Part shown: positions 49,647 through 61,325 of the stretch, piece after piece | Numbering within the stretch: position 1 is the stretch's first letter | Layout: each line of letters opens with the position of its first letter | DNA from: Narcine bancroftii | Lineage: Eukaryota | DNA length: 64,000 nt | Direction of reading: 5' to 3' | Assembly: GCF_036971445.1 (NCBI RefSeq) | Contig: NC_091469.1 | Location: 119,722,001-119,786,000 of the forward strand | The notes under the pieces: generated by a model | What the model saw: the letters and a program-made list of their open reading frames with translations, nothing else | Told to the model about the DNA's origin: nothing | Databases searched by the model: none | Translations under genes and position numbers: made by a program

Positions 49647-49879
49647 TGTACCTGTCTAAATGTCCTCTATACACCATAACTGTACCTACTACCTCCACCA
49701 GCTCCTCTGCCGGCTCATTCCATATTCAGTGATATGTTTTTGATCAAGCACATTGTGCAATGTACAAATAAATGTACCAACATTTTTACTTGCTGCAGCC
49801 AATAGGTACTTGTATAGATAAACTGTAAGAATGACTAATTAAATTAAATTCAAAGAGGCAATAAATGCATAGGTCTGCC

Positions 49880-50572
49880 CAAATGTCACCAGAGTTGATT
49901 GTGTACTCCAGGAGAGCACAAACCAGTCCTCGTCAAGGGGTCAGTAGTGGAGAGAGTCAAGAATTTCAAATTCCTTGCTGGCAACATCTCTGAGAATCTG
50001 TCTTGGGGCTTTCATGTTGATGCAATCATGAAGAAGGCTCACCAGTGACTATACTTCATGAGAAGTTTGAGGAGATTCGGTACGTCACCGAAGACTTGTG
50101 AAAATTTTGACAGGTGTACCGTGGAGAGAATTCTGTCTGGTTGTATCTCTGTCTGGAATGGAAGTGCCAATGCCCAGGACAGGAAAAGCGTTGTTAACTG
50201 GGTTAGCAACATCACGGGCAAGTCTTCACTCCATCGAGGACATCCTCAAAAGGTAGACCTTAAGAAAGCAGCCTCTATCTTCAAGGACCCCCAACAGCCA
50301 GACCATGCCCTCTTCACACTGCTACCATCATGGAAAAATACAGGAGCCTGAAGACAAACACTCAGCAGCACGAGGACAGCTTCTTCCCTACTGTCAAGAG
50401 ATTCCTGAATGGACAGTGAACCATAGATCCAACCTCACTTTCTTTTATTTTCTTGCGCTATTTATTCATTTTTAAAATGTATTTAAAGCAATATTTATAT
50501 TGTAACATTGCCGCATAAGAAAGAATTTCATTACTTGTTCATGACAATAAATTCTAATTTTGATTCTGATTC
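49880..50572 (+). mobile_element. Rex1/Babar-type LINE 3' fragment
   Basis: MRSLRRFGTSPKT..NF.RCTVERILSGCISVWNG; TGACAATAAA(TTCTGA)n tail. Confidence 0.85.
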
Positions 50573-50584
50573 AGTGAAAAGAGG

Positions 50585-50865
50585 TTCTTATCAGGGTGAT
50601 GGAGGTCTTTTATGCTCTTGGTTGCCTTCTTGAAGCAGCATCTCACATAGATGATGCAGTAATGGATGGGATGTCAAACTCTGTGATTAATCTGGCTATG
50701 TTTACTACCTTCTGTAGCCTTCTGTGTTCCTGGGTGGTGGAATTCCCAAACCAGGCTGTGATCCAACTAGTCAGATAACTTTCCATGGTGCACCTGCAGA
50801 AGTCTGATAGAGTATATGACAATATGCCGAATTTCCTCAGGCTTCTGTGGAAGGAGAGGTGTATA
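50585..50865 (-). mobile_element. Rex1/Babar-type LINE fragment
   Basis: RSLRKFG....L.DFCRCTMESYLTSWITAWFGN. Confidence 0.75.
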
Positions 50866-51844
50866 TGCCAGTCTCTGTGTGAACAGCTTGTACTCAGGCT
50901 TCCTGGCATGCCACACAGCAGGGAATCATTCAGAGAGGCATCATATAGATCTGGATGTCCAGCAAGTCTTGCTCTTTCTTCGAGCACAAATTGTGAGGGT
51001 GTGATTTAATTGAGACATTCATAACCAAAACAGATTTTGTTGAGGCAAATAAGGAAACTGATAATAAATGAAAATAAGGAGAAACTGTTTCCAGAGGACC
51101 GAGATTTAAAATAATTATGTAAAAGAGGTAAAGGTGAGAAGAGAATGTTTTTTTTTTCTCGCAAATTCTCATGATTTGGAATGAAATTGCTATAGGGCTG
51201 GGGAAAGTAGGTTCAGTGTTGCTTCCAAAAGATAATTGAAGAAATACTTGAATGGAGAAATGGAAGGAGATTGAGAATATTGCTATCAAACCTGCCACAT
51301 ATTTCAAGGTGAAAATAGACTCTGCCAACTGTTTTAAGTTCTGCAATTAAATATGAGCACACAACATCATTGCAACATGAAATACAATCTTATTGTAACA
51401 ACCAGTATAGGTAATTAAATTGCTTGACTGAACTAATGAATTGGGAAAAGCTTATTTGCACATTTAGGCAGCTTTTGGCAGTAGAACTGTCAATCAAATC
51501 AACACTAAAACACAATATTAATGAGAAGTGACACCCAAGAGGATACTGAAAGTAATCCCAAGTGTTGCAATGAACTTCTGGAGGGGTGGAATTGAAAATT
51601 AGAAAGTGTTCTGCAATTTTTTAATAAGATTCTGGTTGGACCATGTTTGCCTAAATCTGATTGCCATATTATAAAAGTAATGGTGAATTATAAACAGTTT
51701 GTAAAAAAGATTTTAAAAGATGATTTAAGAAATATGTCAATCACAAACAGATTTTGGATATTATGGGACTCAAGGATATAGGGTTAATACTGAAAACCAA
51801 TCCTGTGGTCAAAACATCACGATTTTACAATTCAAATACAAAGG

Positions 51845-51975
51845 ATTTCTCTGGGGCTCTGGTTTCCTCCCACCATTCAAAACGTACCAATGGGTAAAAA
51901 CTGGATGTCATGGACTCATGGGCCGAAATGGCCTGTTACTGTGCTGTTTGTCTATATATAAATTTAAAATTTAAA
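51845..51975 (+). mobile_element. V-SINE-type 3' half
   Basis: GGGGCTCTGGTTTCCTCCCACC followed by a CR1-like tail GGGCCGAAATGGCCTGTTACTGTGCTG. Confidence 0.65.
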
Positions 51976-52669
51976 TTTTTTTATTAAAAAATCTTTTAAA
52001 AGGTTTTGATTGGATCTCATTAATATAAAATGATTAAAAATTAAATAGAGACTTTAGAAAACTTTTAGCCAGATAATGGGGAGACTATGGAAGCTGCCAT
52101 CTGTTTGAGGGGAATTAATTTTGAGAGTCTGTTTAAATTCTGTGTGGAAAGGGAACAGTAGGTTAATCTGTTGGAGGTGACTTGGGAGCATGTGTGGAGA
52201 GGATGGTCATAAGGTTTGTTTGTGTACTATATGGACTTAAAGATACTTTTTTGTCATGTCTGCAGACAACCTCAGTTCATGGAAATTAAAATCCATTGTA
52301 CTCTTATCTGGATGGTAACAATTTATCTGAAAATTAATCAACAACAGACTGTATGGTCACTGAATACTCTGGTTGATATTAGTCAGAGAGCATGGGAACA
52401 AGCCTTTGGCCCAACTTGCCCACGGTGACCAAAATGTCCCACTCACATCTACTCCCACAACCATTCATCCCCCAAAGCCATCTTTCCATGTAACCATCCA
52501 ATTTTTCTTAAACATCTTCCAGCAGCCTGTTCCATAAATAACTAATAATACAATTTATATTTTGAAGTTTAGAGGTCCAAAGACACCGTAATTGCTCAGT
52601 CCTGGACCAATGGTATTCTCTATCTAAAAAATCTTCAAGGCAGAAGAAAGTAACTCTCTAGCATCAAGG

Positions 52670-52915
52670 GTATTTCAGTCTCTGAGTGATAAGATCATGG
52701 ATTTAAAACATTCTCCTAAGATTTGAGCATAAAATCTAGGCTAACTCCCCAGTGCAGTATGAAGAGAAAGCTGTGCTATTGGAGGGGGCGCCTTTCAGAT
52801 AATGCTCTAAACAGTGATCTGTCCTCCCAGATGCTGTAAATGATACCATGACTATTTCAAAGAAGACTGAAAGAACTATCTCCAATATACTGGCCAATAT
52901 TTGTTATATTATTGC
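52670..52915 (+). mobile_element. Deu-domain SINE (SacSINE1/AmnSINE1-like), diverged
   Basis: TTGAGCATAAAATCTAGGCT...CAGTGCAGTA...GGAGG..CGCCTTTCAGAT...CCATGACTATTTCAAAGAAG...CTGGCCAATATTT follows the Deu-domain consensus as I recall it. Confidence 0.65.
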
Positions 52916-55117
52916 CTGGTGGAGAATAATTTATAAGAAGGAAGAATGTGTGTAATACAAGAATAAACTTGCAGAATCCTGCAGTGAAAGAATTAGTCTC
53001 AACAGAGATAGGATTGCGGAAGTGCATTTTGGCAGAATGAATAAGCAGACCACCTACTGTTTTGAAAATGAATATCTGAGAGGAGTATGGAGATTTACAG
53101 GACGAGTTACACTTGACAATAATGCTAAAGCAGTTTAACAGGCTGCGCTAGCCTAGTCATGTAATGGGCTTCACTTTGAGAGGAGAAGAAGTGAAAAGCA
53201 GAGAGATCATGTTTAGTTGAGGCACTGGCCAAGATGCAGGAAGTATTTGCATGGATGTGATACAGAAAAGGAGAGGTTCTATTGCCAGACTAGAAACTTA
53301 ATCCAGAGGAATCCACAATGGCAGCTGAGGCATTAAAACTCAAGTGATTGATTCTTTTTTTAAATCCACTCTACATATTTTCACATGAACACATTTGGTT
53401 TACCAATGTCCTTCAAGTAAGAACATCTATGACTGTGGTGAACTCTTCACTCTCTCATTGGGATAGGGAAAATCAGTGATAGACTATTAATGCCAATAAT
53501 GTCTCCATGACATAAGAAATGAAAAAACAGAAGTGAATGGAAGTTTTTATAAATTCAGGTTGGGGTTCTTCTGTAAAAAGGGAGGCATGAAAAGTGAGGT
53601 TGACCTACTTTAAAAAAAATATTTAATGATAGTTGTGGAGAGTAATATCAGTTTTTTTTGGGGGGAGGGGGGTTGTTTGGTTTCCAGAACATGATCATAA
53701 GATTATTCACCAATAGAAATTTTCCAGTATTAAATAGAAATGGAGTGCCACAAATTGTAATTAAGGCTTTAAGAAAAGACTAAATAAAACAGCAAGGAAT
53801 AGAGAATAAAAGGACATTTTGATAGGATGAGTCAATAAGGCTTGTTGTATGAATGCCAGCAAGGGGGAGCTGAGCAAGTTGCGTGCTATGGATACAATTT
53901 AAAGAAATCAAACAATGCACAACTTTAATAAGTAGCTGAAGCCAGGGTAAAACATGTTAAGAGACATTGGAGTACTAGTAAGGCCTTTGTGTTGAAGTGG
54001 AAATCAATCACTACACTATGGGTTTCCAGGTGGATCACTTTTCAAGTTCAGAGGGGAGTTTTGCTTCGTCTATCCACTGGTTGAAAGATCATTGGCAAAA
54101 GGAAAGATGTGTCCTTTCAGTGCTATATTCTCTTGGCAGCACATGGTGATCTCTCATTCATACTGTTGAGAATGGCAGCGGTGTTTCAAATTAAAAAGAT
54201 ACAAAAGAATGTAAAATGTGGCTCAATTCTTGGAAAGAAATCAATAGGGTAAAGAACAGTGAACAATGTAAAAGGTGAATAAAAGAGAATCTGAAAGGAG
54301 AGAAATGAAGAAGTGATAAAGAAAGGAGAGAGATTTAAAATAGATTTCTGAATAAAAAGAAAGATTTATATTTTTGGTAGTGCTAAAATTGTATGTGATC
54401 CAAGCAGCTAGCACAATACAGGGTGGAATGACATTCTTTAGATTATGGGTTGGATCTTTGTCACCTCTATGCTGTTTCGGTGTAAAAGAGACATTCCTTT
54501 AGAACTTCACTTGTGAGGGGTGAAATCATTATCTTGCTCCAACAATGAATAGCTGGGAGGATTCATTCTGTTAAATCCTCCTTTTTTTATGTTGTGTTGT
54601 GTGTGTGTGTGTGTGCCTGCTACAACCTGATATAAGAAAATGCTTAATTATCAGTTTGAAGGTGATACATTTTTAAAATTCCTTTTGAGTCCCATTTGTG
54701 CTCAAATGGTTCAGTTGTTTGTTATCATTTTAAACAGCTTTGAAAATCCATTTAACTACTGGTCAAATCTACACTTACAGTAATCAAGGTTTTGAAAATA
54801 AAAAGATAACACAAAGAACATTTTCTCTCCACCAAGTATATTGCAAAATAATAACCTCCTTGATTATCTATTGAACAGGAATGAATCTATTTTTAACAGG
54901 AATGATATTGATAAATGCAAATACTATGTACCATTATGTGGTATATGATCAGTATTTTGAAGACCTGTTTAAGCAGCACGATTCCTTCTCAGTCCTATTT
55001 ATTGCAAAACCATATACCTGTTCAATTTTTCAGCTAGTCACATCTCATCACCAGGAAGATGAAAATAATTTTCTTGCGGAAGAGAACGCGTATTCATGTA
55101 CTTTGATTAAAAGTAGC

Positions 55118-57392
55118 TTGGCTTGGCTTGGCTTCGCAGACGAAAATTTATGGAGGGGTATGTCCACGTCTGCTGCAGGTTCGTTGGTGACTGACAAGTC
55201 CGATGCGGGACAGGCAGGCACGGTTGCAGCGGTTGCAAGGGAAAATTGGTTGGTTGAGGTTGGGTGTTGGGTTTTTCCTCCTTTGTCTTTTGTCAGTGAG
55301 GTGGGCTCTGCAGTCTTCTTCAAAGGAGGTTGCTAGCCGCCGAACTGTGAGGCACCATGATGCACGGTTGGAGGCGATATCAGCCCACTGGCGGTGGTCA
55401 ATGTGGCAGGCACCAAGAGATTTCTTTAGGCAGTCCTTGTACCTCTTCTTTGGTGCACCTCTGTCTTGGTGGCCAGTGGAGAACTCACCATATAACACAA
55501 TCTTGGGAAGGTGATGGTCCTCCATTCTGGAGACATGACCCACCCAGGGCAGTTGGGTCTTCAGCTGCGTGGATTCGATGCTTGCGGACTCTGCCAGCTC
55601 TAGTACTTCGATGCTGGTGATGAAGTCACTCCAATGAATGTTGAGGATGGAGTGGAGACAGTGCTGATGGAAGCGTTCTAGGAGCCGTAGGTGATGCCGG
55701 TAGAGGACCCATGATTCAGAGCCGAACAGGAGCGTGGGTATCACAATGGCTCTGTACACGCTGATCTTTGTGTGTTTCTTCAGGTGGTTATTTTTCCAGA
55801 CTCTTTTGTGTAGTCTTCCAAAGGCGCTATTTGCCTTGGCGAGTCTGTTGTCTAACTCATTGTCGATCCTTGCATCAGATGAAATGGTGCAGCCGAGGTA
55901 GGTAAACTGGTTGACCGTTTTGAGTTCTGTGTGCCCGATGGAGATGTGGGGGGCCTGGCGGTCATGGTGGGGAGCTGGCTGATGGAGGACCTCAGTTTTC
56001 TTCAGGCTGACTTCCAGGCCCAACATTTTGGCAGTTTCTGCAAAACAGGACGTCAAGCGCTGGAGAGCTGGCTCTGAATGGGCAACTAAAGCGGCATCGT
56101 CTGCAAAGAGTAGTTCACGGACAAGTTGCTCTTGTGTCTTGGTGTGAGCTTGCAGGTGCCTCAGATTGAAGAGACTGCCATCCGTGCGGTACAGGATGTA
56201 AACAGCATCTTCATTGTTGAGGTCTTTCATGGCTTGTTTCAGCATCATGCTGAAGAAGATAGTAAAGAGGGTTGGTGCGAGGATGCAACCTTGCTTCACG
56301 CCATTGTCAATGGAGAAGGGTTCGGAGAGCTCATTGCTGTATCTGTTGGTTTTCGTGCATTTGGATAACCATGTTGAGGAACTTGGGGGGCATCTGAGGC
56401 GCTCTAGAATTAGCCAAAGTCCTTTCCTGCTCATGGTGTCGAAGGCTTTGGTGAGGTCAACAAAGGTGATGTAGAGTCCTTTGTTTTGTTCTTTGCACTT
56501 TTCTTGGAGCTGTCTGAGGGCAAAGACCATGTCAGTAGTTCCTCTGTTTGCACGAAAGCCACACTGTGATTCTCGGAGGACCTTTTCGGCGACACTATGT
56601 ATTAGTCTATTAAGGGGAATCCTAGCGAAGATTTTGCCTGCAATGGAGAGCAGCGTGATTCCCCTGTAGTTTGAACAGTCTGATATCTCGCCTTTGTGTT
56701 TGTACAGGGTGATGATGATGGCATCACGAAGGTCCTGAGGCAGCTTTCCTTGGTCCCAGCAGAGCATGAAAAACTCATGCAGTTTGGTATGCAGAATTTT
56801 GCCGCCAGCCTTCCAGACCTCTGGGGGGATTCCATCCATACCTGCTGCTTTGTCACTTTTCAGTTGTTCAATTGCCTTATATGTCACTTCCTGGGTAAGG
56901 ACCTCATCCAGCTCTAGACTCAAGGGTTGTTGAGGGAGCTGGAGCAGGGCGGATTCTTGGACTGAGCGGTTGGCACTGAAAAGGGATTGGAAGTGTTCTG
57001 ACCATCGATTGAGGATGGAGATCTTGTCACTGAGGAGGACTTCGCCATCTGAGCTGCGCAGAGGGCTTTGGACTTGGGGTGAGGGGCCGTACACAGCCTT
57101 TAGTGTCTCATAAAAACCCCTGAAGTCGCCAATGTCGGCGCTAAGCTGGGTTCGTTTGGCGAGGCTAGTCCACCACTCATTTTGGATTTCCCGGAGTTTG
57201 TGCTGAAGGTGGCTGCATGCGAGACGGAAGGCTTGGTTTTTTTCTCTGGCCAGGAAGGCTTTGCAAGGTGAGCCTGGTGAGCAGATCGCTTCTTTGCCAG
57301 CAGCTCCTGGATTTCCTGGTTGTTTTCGTCGAACCAGTCCTTGTTTTTCCTGGAGGAGAAGCCCAGTACCTCTTCAGTGGATTGCAGTATGG
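55118..57392 (-). mobile_element. Young RTE LINE, 2.27 kb, 5'-truncated (copy D)
   Basis: TSD CTTTGATTA(A)AAGTAGC (55101-55117 and 57393-57408); (AAGCC)3 tail. Confidence 0.97.
55148..57094 (-). CDS. RTE reverse transcriptase ORF (648 aa; no endonuclease domain; compensated internal frameshift)
   Basis: KAAGMDGIP, NYRGITLLS, QCGFR, FVDLTKAFD, KQGC, LFADD, C-terminal Cys/His motif. Confidence 0.85.
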   Translation of the reverse strand: MYGPSPQVQSPLRSSDGEVLLSDKISILNRWSEHFQSLFSANRSVQESALLQLPQQPLSLELDEVLTQEVTYKAIEQLKSDKAAGMDGIPPEVWKAGGKILHTKLHEFFMLCWDQGKLPQDLRDAIIITLYKHKGEISDCSNYRGITLLSIAGKIFARIPLNRLIHSVAEKVLRESQCGFRANRGTTDMVFALRQLQEKCKEQNKGLYITFVDLTKAFDTMSRKGLWLILERLRCPPSSSTWLSKCTKTNRYSNELSEPFSIDNGVKQGCILAPTLFTIFFSMMLKQAMKDLNNEDAVYILYRTDGSLFNLRHLQAHTKTQEQLVRELLFADDAALVAHSEPALQRLTSCFAETAKMLGLEVSLKKTEVLHQPAPHHDRQAPHISIGHTELKTVNQFTYLGCTISSDARIDNELDNRLAKANSAFGRLHKRVWKNNHLKKHTKISVYRAIVIPTLLFGSESWVLYRHHLRLLERFHQHCLHSILNIHWSDFITSIEVLELAESASIESTQLKTQLPWVGHVSRMEDHHLPKIVLYGEFSTGHQDRGAPKKRYKDCLKKSLGACHIDHRQWADIASNRASWCLTVRRLATSFEEDCRAHLTDKRQRRKNPTPNLNQPIFPCNRCNRACLSRIGLVSHQRTCSRRGHTPP

Positions 57393-57444
57393 CTTTGATT
57401 AAAGTAGCACCTACATCAGAAATCATTGAGTGATTTTCTTCATT

Positions 57445-57665
57445 TTTCATTTAGTCATACAGCACGGTAGCAGGCCCTTCTGGCCCATGAGCCCTGCTGC
57501 CCAAATACCCTAATTAACCTACAAACCCAATATGTTTTGAAGGGTGGGAGGGAACTCGAGCGCCCAGAGGAAACCCACGCAGACACGGGGAGAATGCGCA
57601 AACTCCTTACAAGATTTGAACTCCAGTCACTGGTGCTGTTACAGATTTAAGCTAACCACAATGCG
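57445..57665 (-). mobile_element. V-SINE-type element
   Basis: GGAAACCCACGCAGACACGGGGAGAATGCGCAAACTCC, reverse V-domain-like core. Confidence 0.8.
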
Positions 57666-58899
57666 AAACTACAATCAAGGATTGTAATGACTGTTTATAG
57701 TGGTCATTTGAAATAAAATCATAATGAAAATCGTAACTTAGACCAGGTGAAAATAATATAAAAAGCATTTGTCCAAACACTGAATTAAAGAATTTTTAAA
57801 AACTTTTCATAAATGGAAAACAATATATCAGTTCTCAAGTCCTATGAGATTCTGTAAACCAGATAGGCTGGAAGTATAGCATCTGCACGCAACCAAAGTG
57901 AGCATCAAAGAAAGAAATTCAGTATACAATTCTCCTGTGTTAGCTCAAAAAATAAATTGAAGGCACCGTCAAATTGCAGAATCTCCGATTCATTTTTGGC
58001 CTATGTTAAAGAGACTCTCATTAAAAATGAGGCGGCAATGCAAGGAATTCAATTTCATTCGATGCTTGTGTGGGGGCTGGAGTTCAAAAATGCATCAAAG
58101 CTACATTGAGATTGCAGAGTATTAGTGAAAACACACTTGAACCTCTGTGTGCGATGTTGGTCTCCATACTTGGAAAAAGGATTGAGGAGAGGCTTGATCT
58201 AGACATATGGAGTTTAGGACATGATTTCTTGGAGACATTGAGAATCTGTGAGAGTCTGACTGAGATTGAGTGTCCATGACAAGTATGGAACCTGTTCCCC
58301 CACCCCTGCTGAGTTGAGTGTCCCTTTCCCCCTCCCCCCCCCCATGGTTACCATAATGCCCCCTGATTAGATCTCTTCTGACATTGACTCTGGTTGTTGA
58401 GTAGTTTCAAGAGAGAAAGATGGATCTTTTACATATTAAGGGGACCAGGGATTGTAGTTCCTGGGTCGGAAGGTGAACTATAGTTACAGAATGTATCATT
58501 TTCTTGTTTAGTGTTGAACAACCTTCAAGAGATGTCTGGCCCATGGCTTCTTCTGCTTCTCATGTCTACGGCCCTTTGCTTTCTAAGGCCTTGCATTACA
58601 GAATCATTTTTTTAAGCTCCAGCAATATATTAAATCATGACTTCTGCTTTGTCTTCCAAAGTAAAGCCCTGGTCAATACTCACTTGCGAAGTTCATAGCT
58701 GAAGACTCACTACTTGCGTAATCCTGAAAAAAACTATCACCTTAATAAGAAGGAAAAGCTGCAGAAGAAAACAGCCAACAGGTCACAAAAGTTGAGGACT
58801 GTACTTTCAACAAATTCTAAAAGCCTTTGCCTACAGGTGCATTAAAATCATACCTTCAGATCAGCTGATGAATAAACAAATGAAATTTCTCACCAACAC

Positions 58900-59720
58900 C
58901 AATAAAGACATCAGAAACAGGAGCAGGAGTAGGCCAATCAGCTCCTCAGGCTTGCTCTGACATTTAATGAGATTATGGCTGATCCAAGCATCACTTTCCC
59001 TCTTTCCCTCATTACCCTTGATTCCCTTGTGGTTGAAATATAGGAAAATCTTCACCTTAAATGACTCCACCTCCACAGCTCATTGGGAATTTAAAGAGTT
59101 CCAATAATTGAAACATATAATTCATCTTCATAATTGTCTTAAATGAGTGACTCCTTATTTTGAAGCTATGCTTCCTTGATGTAGATATCTCCACTAGGAA
59201 AACATTCTCTCAATGTCCATTCTGTTAATTCCCTAGAAGCCTAATTGCCTAAATGCACCTGAGATTGTCTGATCTCAGAAGTTAAGCAAGCTCAGGCCTG
59301 GTCAGTACTTGGAGGGGTAGGAACACCAGGTGCTGTAGGTTTTTGTGAGGGGCACTGGACAAAGTGGCAATTCTCTCCGCCTTACGGTAAACAAAAGTTA
59401 AAGAATTTCATGTATGTTACATTCTAAGTGTAGTATTAAGTGACATTAATGGAACCTTTGCCTTTACAGTTCAATAAGATTACCTAATTCTTTTATATTC
59501 CTATGAATATATGCCCAACCTGCTCAACCTTTCTTCATACATCAACCCTTTCATCACAGGAATTAGCCTAGAGAACCTCCTCCGTACATTTCCCTTCTTA
59601 AATGATAGAGGCCAATACTTAGGCGTTGTCACACAAGTGCTCTGCAAAGTTCAATCAAAAAGGCCAACATTCCATTCACCTTGCTAATTACTCATTGTAC
59701 CTGCATTTTCACTTCCTGAG
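58900..59720 (-). mobile_element. CR1/L2-clade LINE 3' fragment hosting a 5S-derived SINE
   Basis: Tail ACATCAGAAACAGGAGCAGGAGTAGGCC; collinear on both sides of the insert. Confidence 0.65.
59238..59466 (+). mobile_element. 5S rRNA-derived SINE (SINE3-type)
   Basis: GTCTGATCTCAGAAGTTAAGCAAGCTCAGGCCTGGTCAGTACTTGGA...GAACACCAGGTGCTGTAGGTTTTT matches vertebrate 5S rRNA; followed by a ~120-bp non-5S body with an (ACCTTT)-like tail. Confidence 0.85.
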
Positions 59721-60479
59721 TTTCATCTAGCTTGACCTATGAAGTTGTATGTTCCCCATTATATATCTCCCAGGTTCAGGATCTAGCATTGCACATTAAT
59801 TAATTAAATATTTAATGATCTGATAACCAAGTGGGATTATCCAAAGGAATGAGTTTGCATTGATATCCACTCTCACTGCCTGACTATTCAGTGACACAGA
59901 AAACATTTTCAATCTCCTTTCAATTCATTTAACTGCAGTTCTTGGCTTGTGGTTTCATTAATTAAAAGCCATTCAAGAAGAATTTTTCCTTTCCTAAATC
60001 ACTTTCAGTATACTGGTACTTGCATTGCAAAATCTGACACCAGGTTGGAGATAAGCCTATGTGGTGTTGCCACTTTGGTTCAGATGGGACATTGTTGTTT
60101 GCTTATGCCTTCTTGAAATTACAATTTGTATTGTGATTTATGTTGCCCTTGTTATAATATTGATAAACAATCTTTCTGATATAAGGTTTATATGCTTTAA
60201 TATATTTTTCAATATGGTACCTTAAGCAGTCCTATGCTCTTCCCATTAAAAGCAATGCAATATTCCCAGAGTGGGTTTTTCCTTTCAGCCTCCAAATGAA
60301 AGACTCTGGCAGCAAAGTTAACGAAAGTACCACCAATGTTCTTGATCAGCCAATGGAAAAATTGCCATTTCAAGTGCAAGTGATGCTCCGCAATTCTATG
60401 CAGCCCCAAATGAAGAAAATTCCATTGAACTGGCAATAATTGTACTTTGGGACTTCAGATGGTGGGGAAACTTGGACAA

Positions 60480-60780
60480 TACACAAATTGCTGTAGGAAC
60501 TCAGTGGGTCAGGCAACATCCATGGGAGGCAATGGATAGTCACTGTTTCAGCCTGAAACCCTTCATAAGGAATAGCAAGAAATGGAAGCCTCATTAAAAG
60601 GGTTGGGGGAGCAGGTGGGAGAAGCACAAGTTGGCAACTGATAGATCGACACATGTAGGGTGGGAAGAATTGGAATTTAAAAAACCAGGAGAAGATAGGA
60701 GGGAAAGGTAGAGAGTGAAGGTGCACTCTGATAGGAGGAAGGGAGAAAAGGTGCAGAGAGCTGGAGGAAGGAAGATGGGC
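60480..60780 (-). mobile_element. Penelope pLTR fragment
   Basis: GGAACTCAGTGGGTCAGGCAACATCCATGG...GTTTCAGCCTGAAACCCTTCATAAGG plus purine-rich tract. Confidence 0.7.
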
Positions 60781-61104
60781 GCAGAGTGCGTCAGTAGACC
60801 TTTAACCTTTGGTGGTATTGCAAGTTGTGATATCTGGAGCTATTTTATCTTAAATTTGGGTGGTGGCTACAAACAAGGTCACCTTCTGTGGTCATGATGG
60901 TGATAAAGACTCAATAAAGTGAAGACCACACCACTCTCCCAGTATGGAAGACAATTAACATTGAGGATCAATAATGAGATGAAAAAATTAATGAAAAGAG
61001 AGGGATGTGGTGATTGGAATCAGTCACTGTGTTGACTTTTTGACAAACACTGCAATATGTTGTTATTGATAATATCTCTGCAATTTAGTTTTTTTTCATG
61101 ATTT

Positions 61105-61325
61105 ATTTTTTAATTTCAGAGACACAGCAAGGTAACAAGCCCTTCCAACCCACAAGCTTGTACTGGACATATACTTCAATTCACCTACAAATCCCGTATG
61201 TTTTTAGAATGTGGGAGAAAACTGGAGAAACAGAACAAAGCCCAGGCAGATACAAGGAAAATGTACAAACTCCTTGCAGATATTAAACCCAGATTGTTGG
61301 CACTGTAATAGCTAACCATGCTGGT
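61105..61325 (-). mobile_element. V-SINE-type element (old)
   Basis: GAATGTGGGAGAAAACTGGAG...AATGTACAAACTCCTTGCAGA. Confidence 0.65.

Noticed and set aside
54881-55336. 151-aa ORF as a host exon disrupted by RTE
   Set aside because: About half is antisense RTE. After removing the RTE the frame closes within a few codons, and the peptide is unrecognisable.
58564-58573. GTCTACGGCC, identical to the first 10 nt of vertebrate 5S rRNA, ~670 bp upstream of the 5S-SINE
   Set aside because: Similarity does not extend; most likely chance.
59238-59345. Functional 5S rRNA gene
   Set aside because: Degenerate 5' end, internal deletion, fused to a repeat body and inserted in a LINE.
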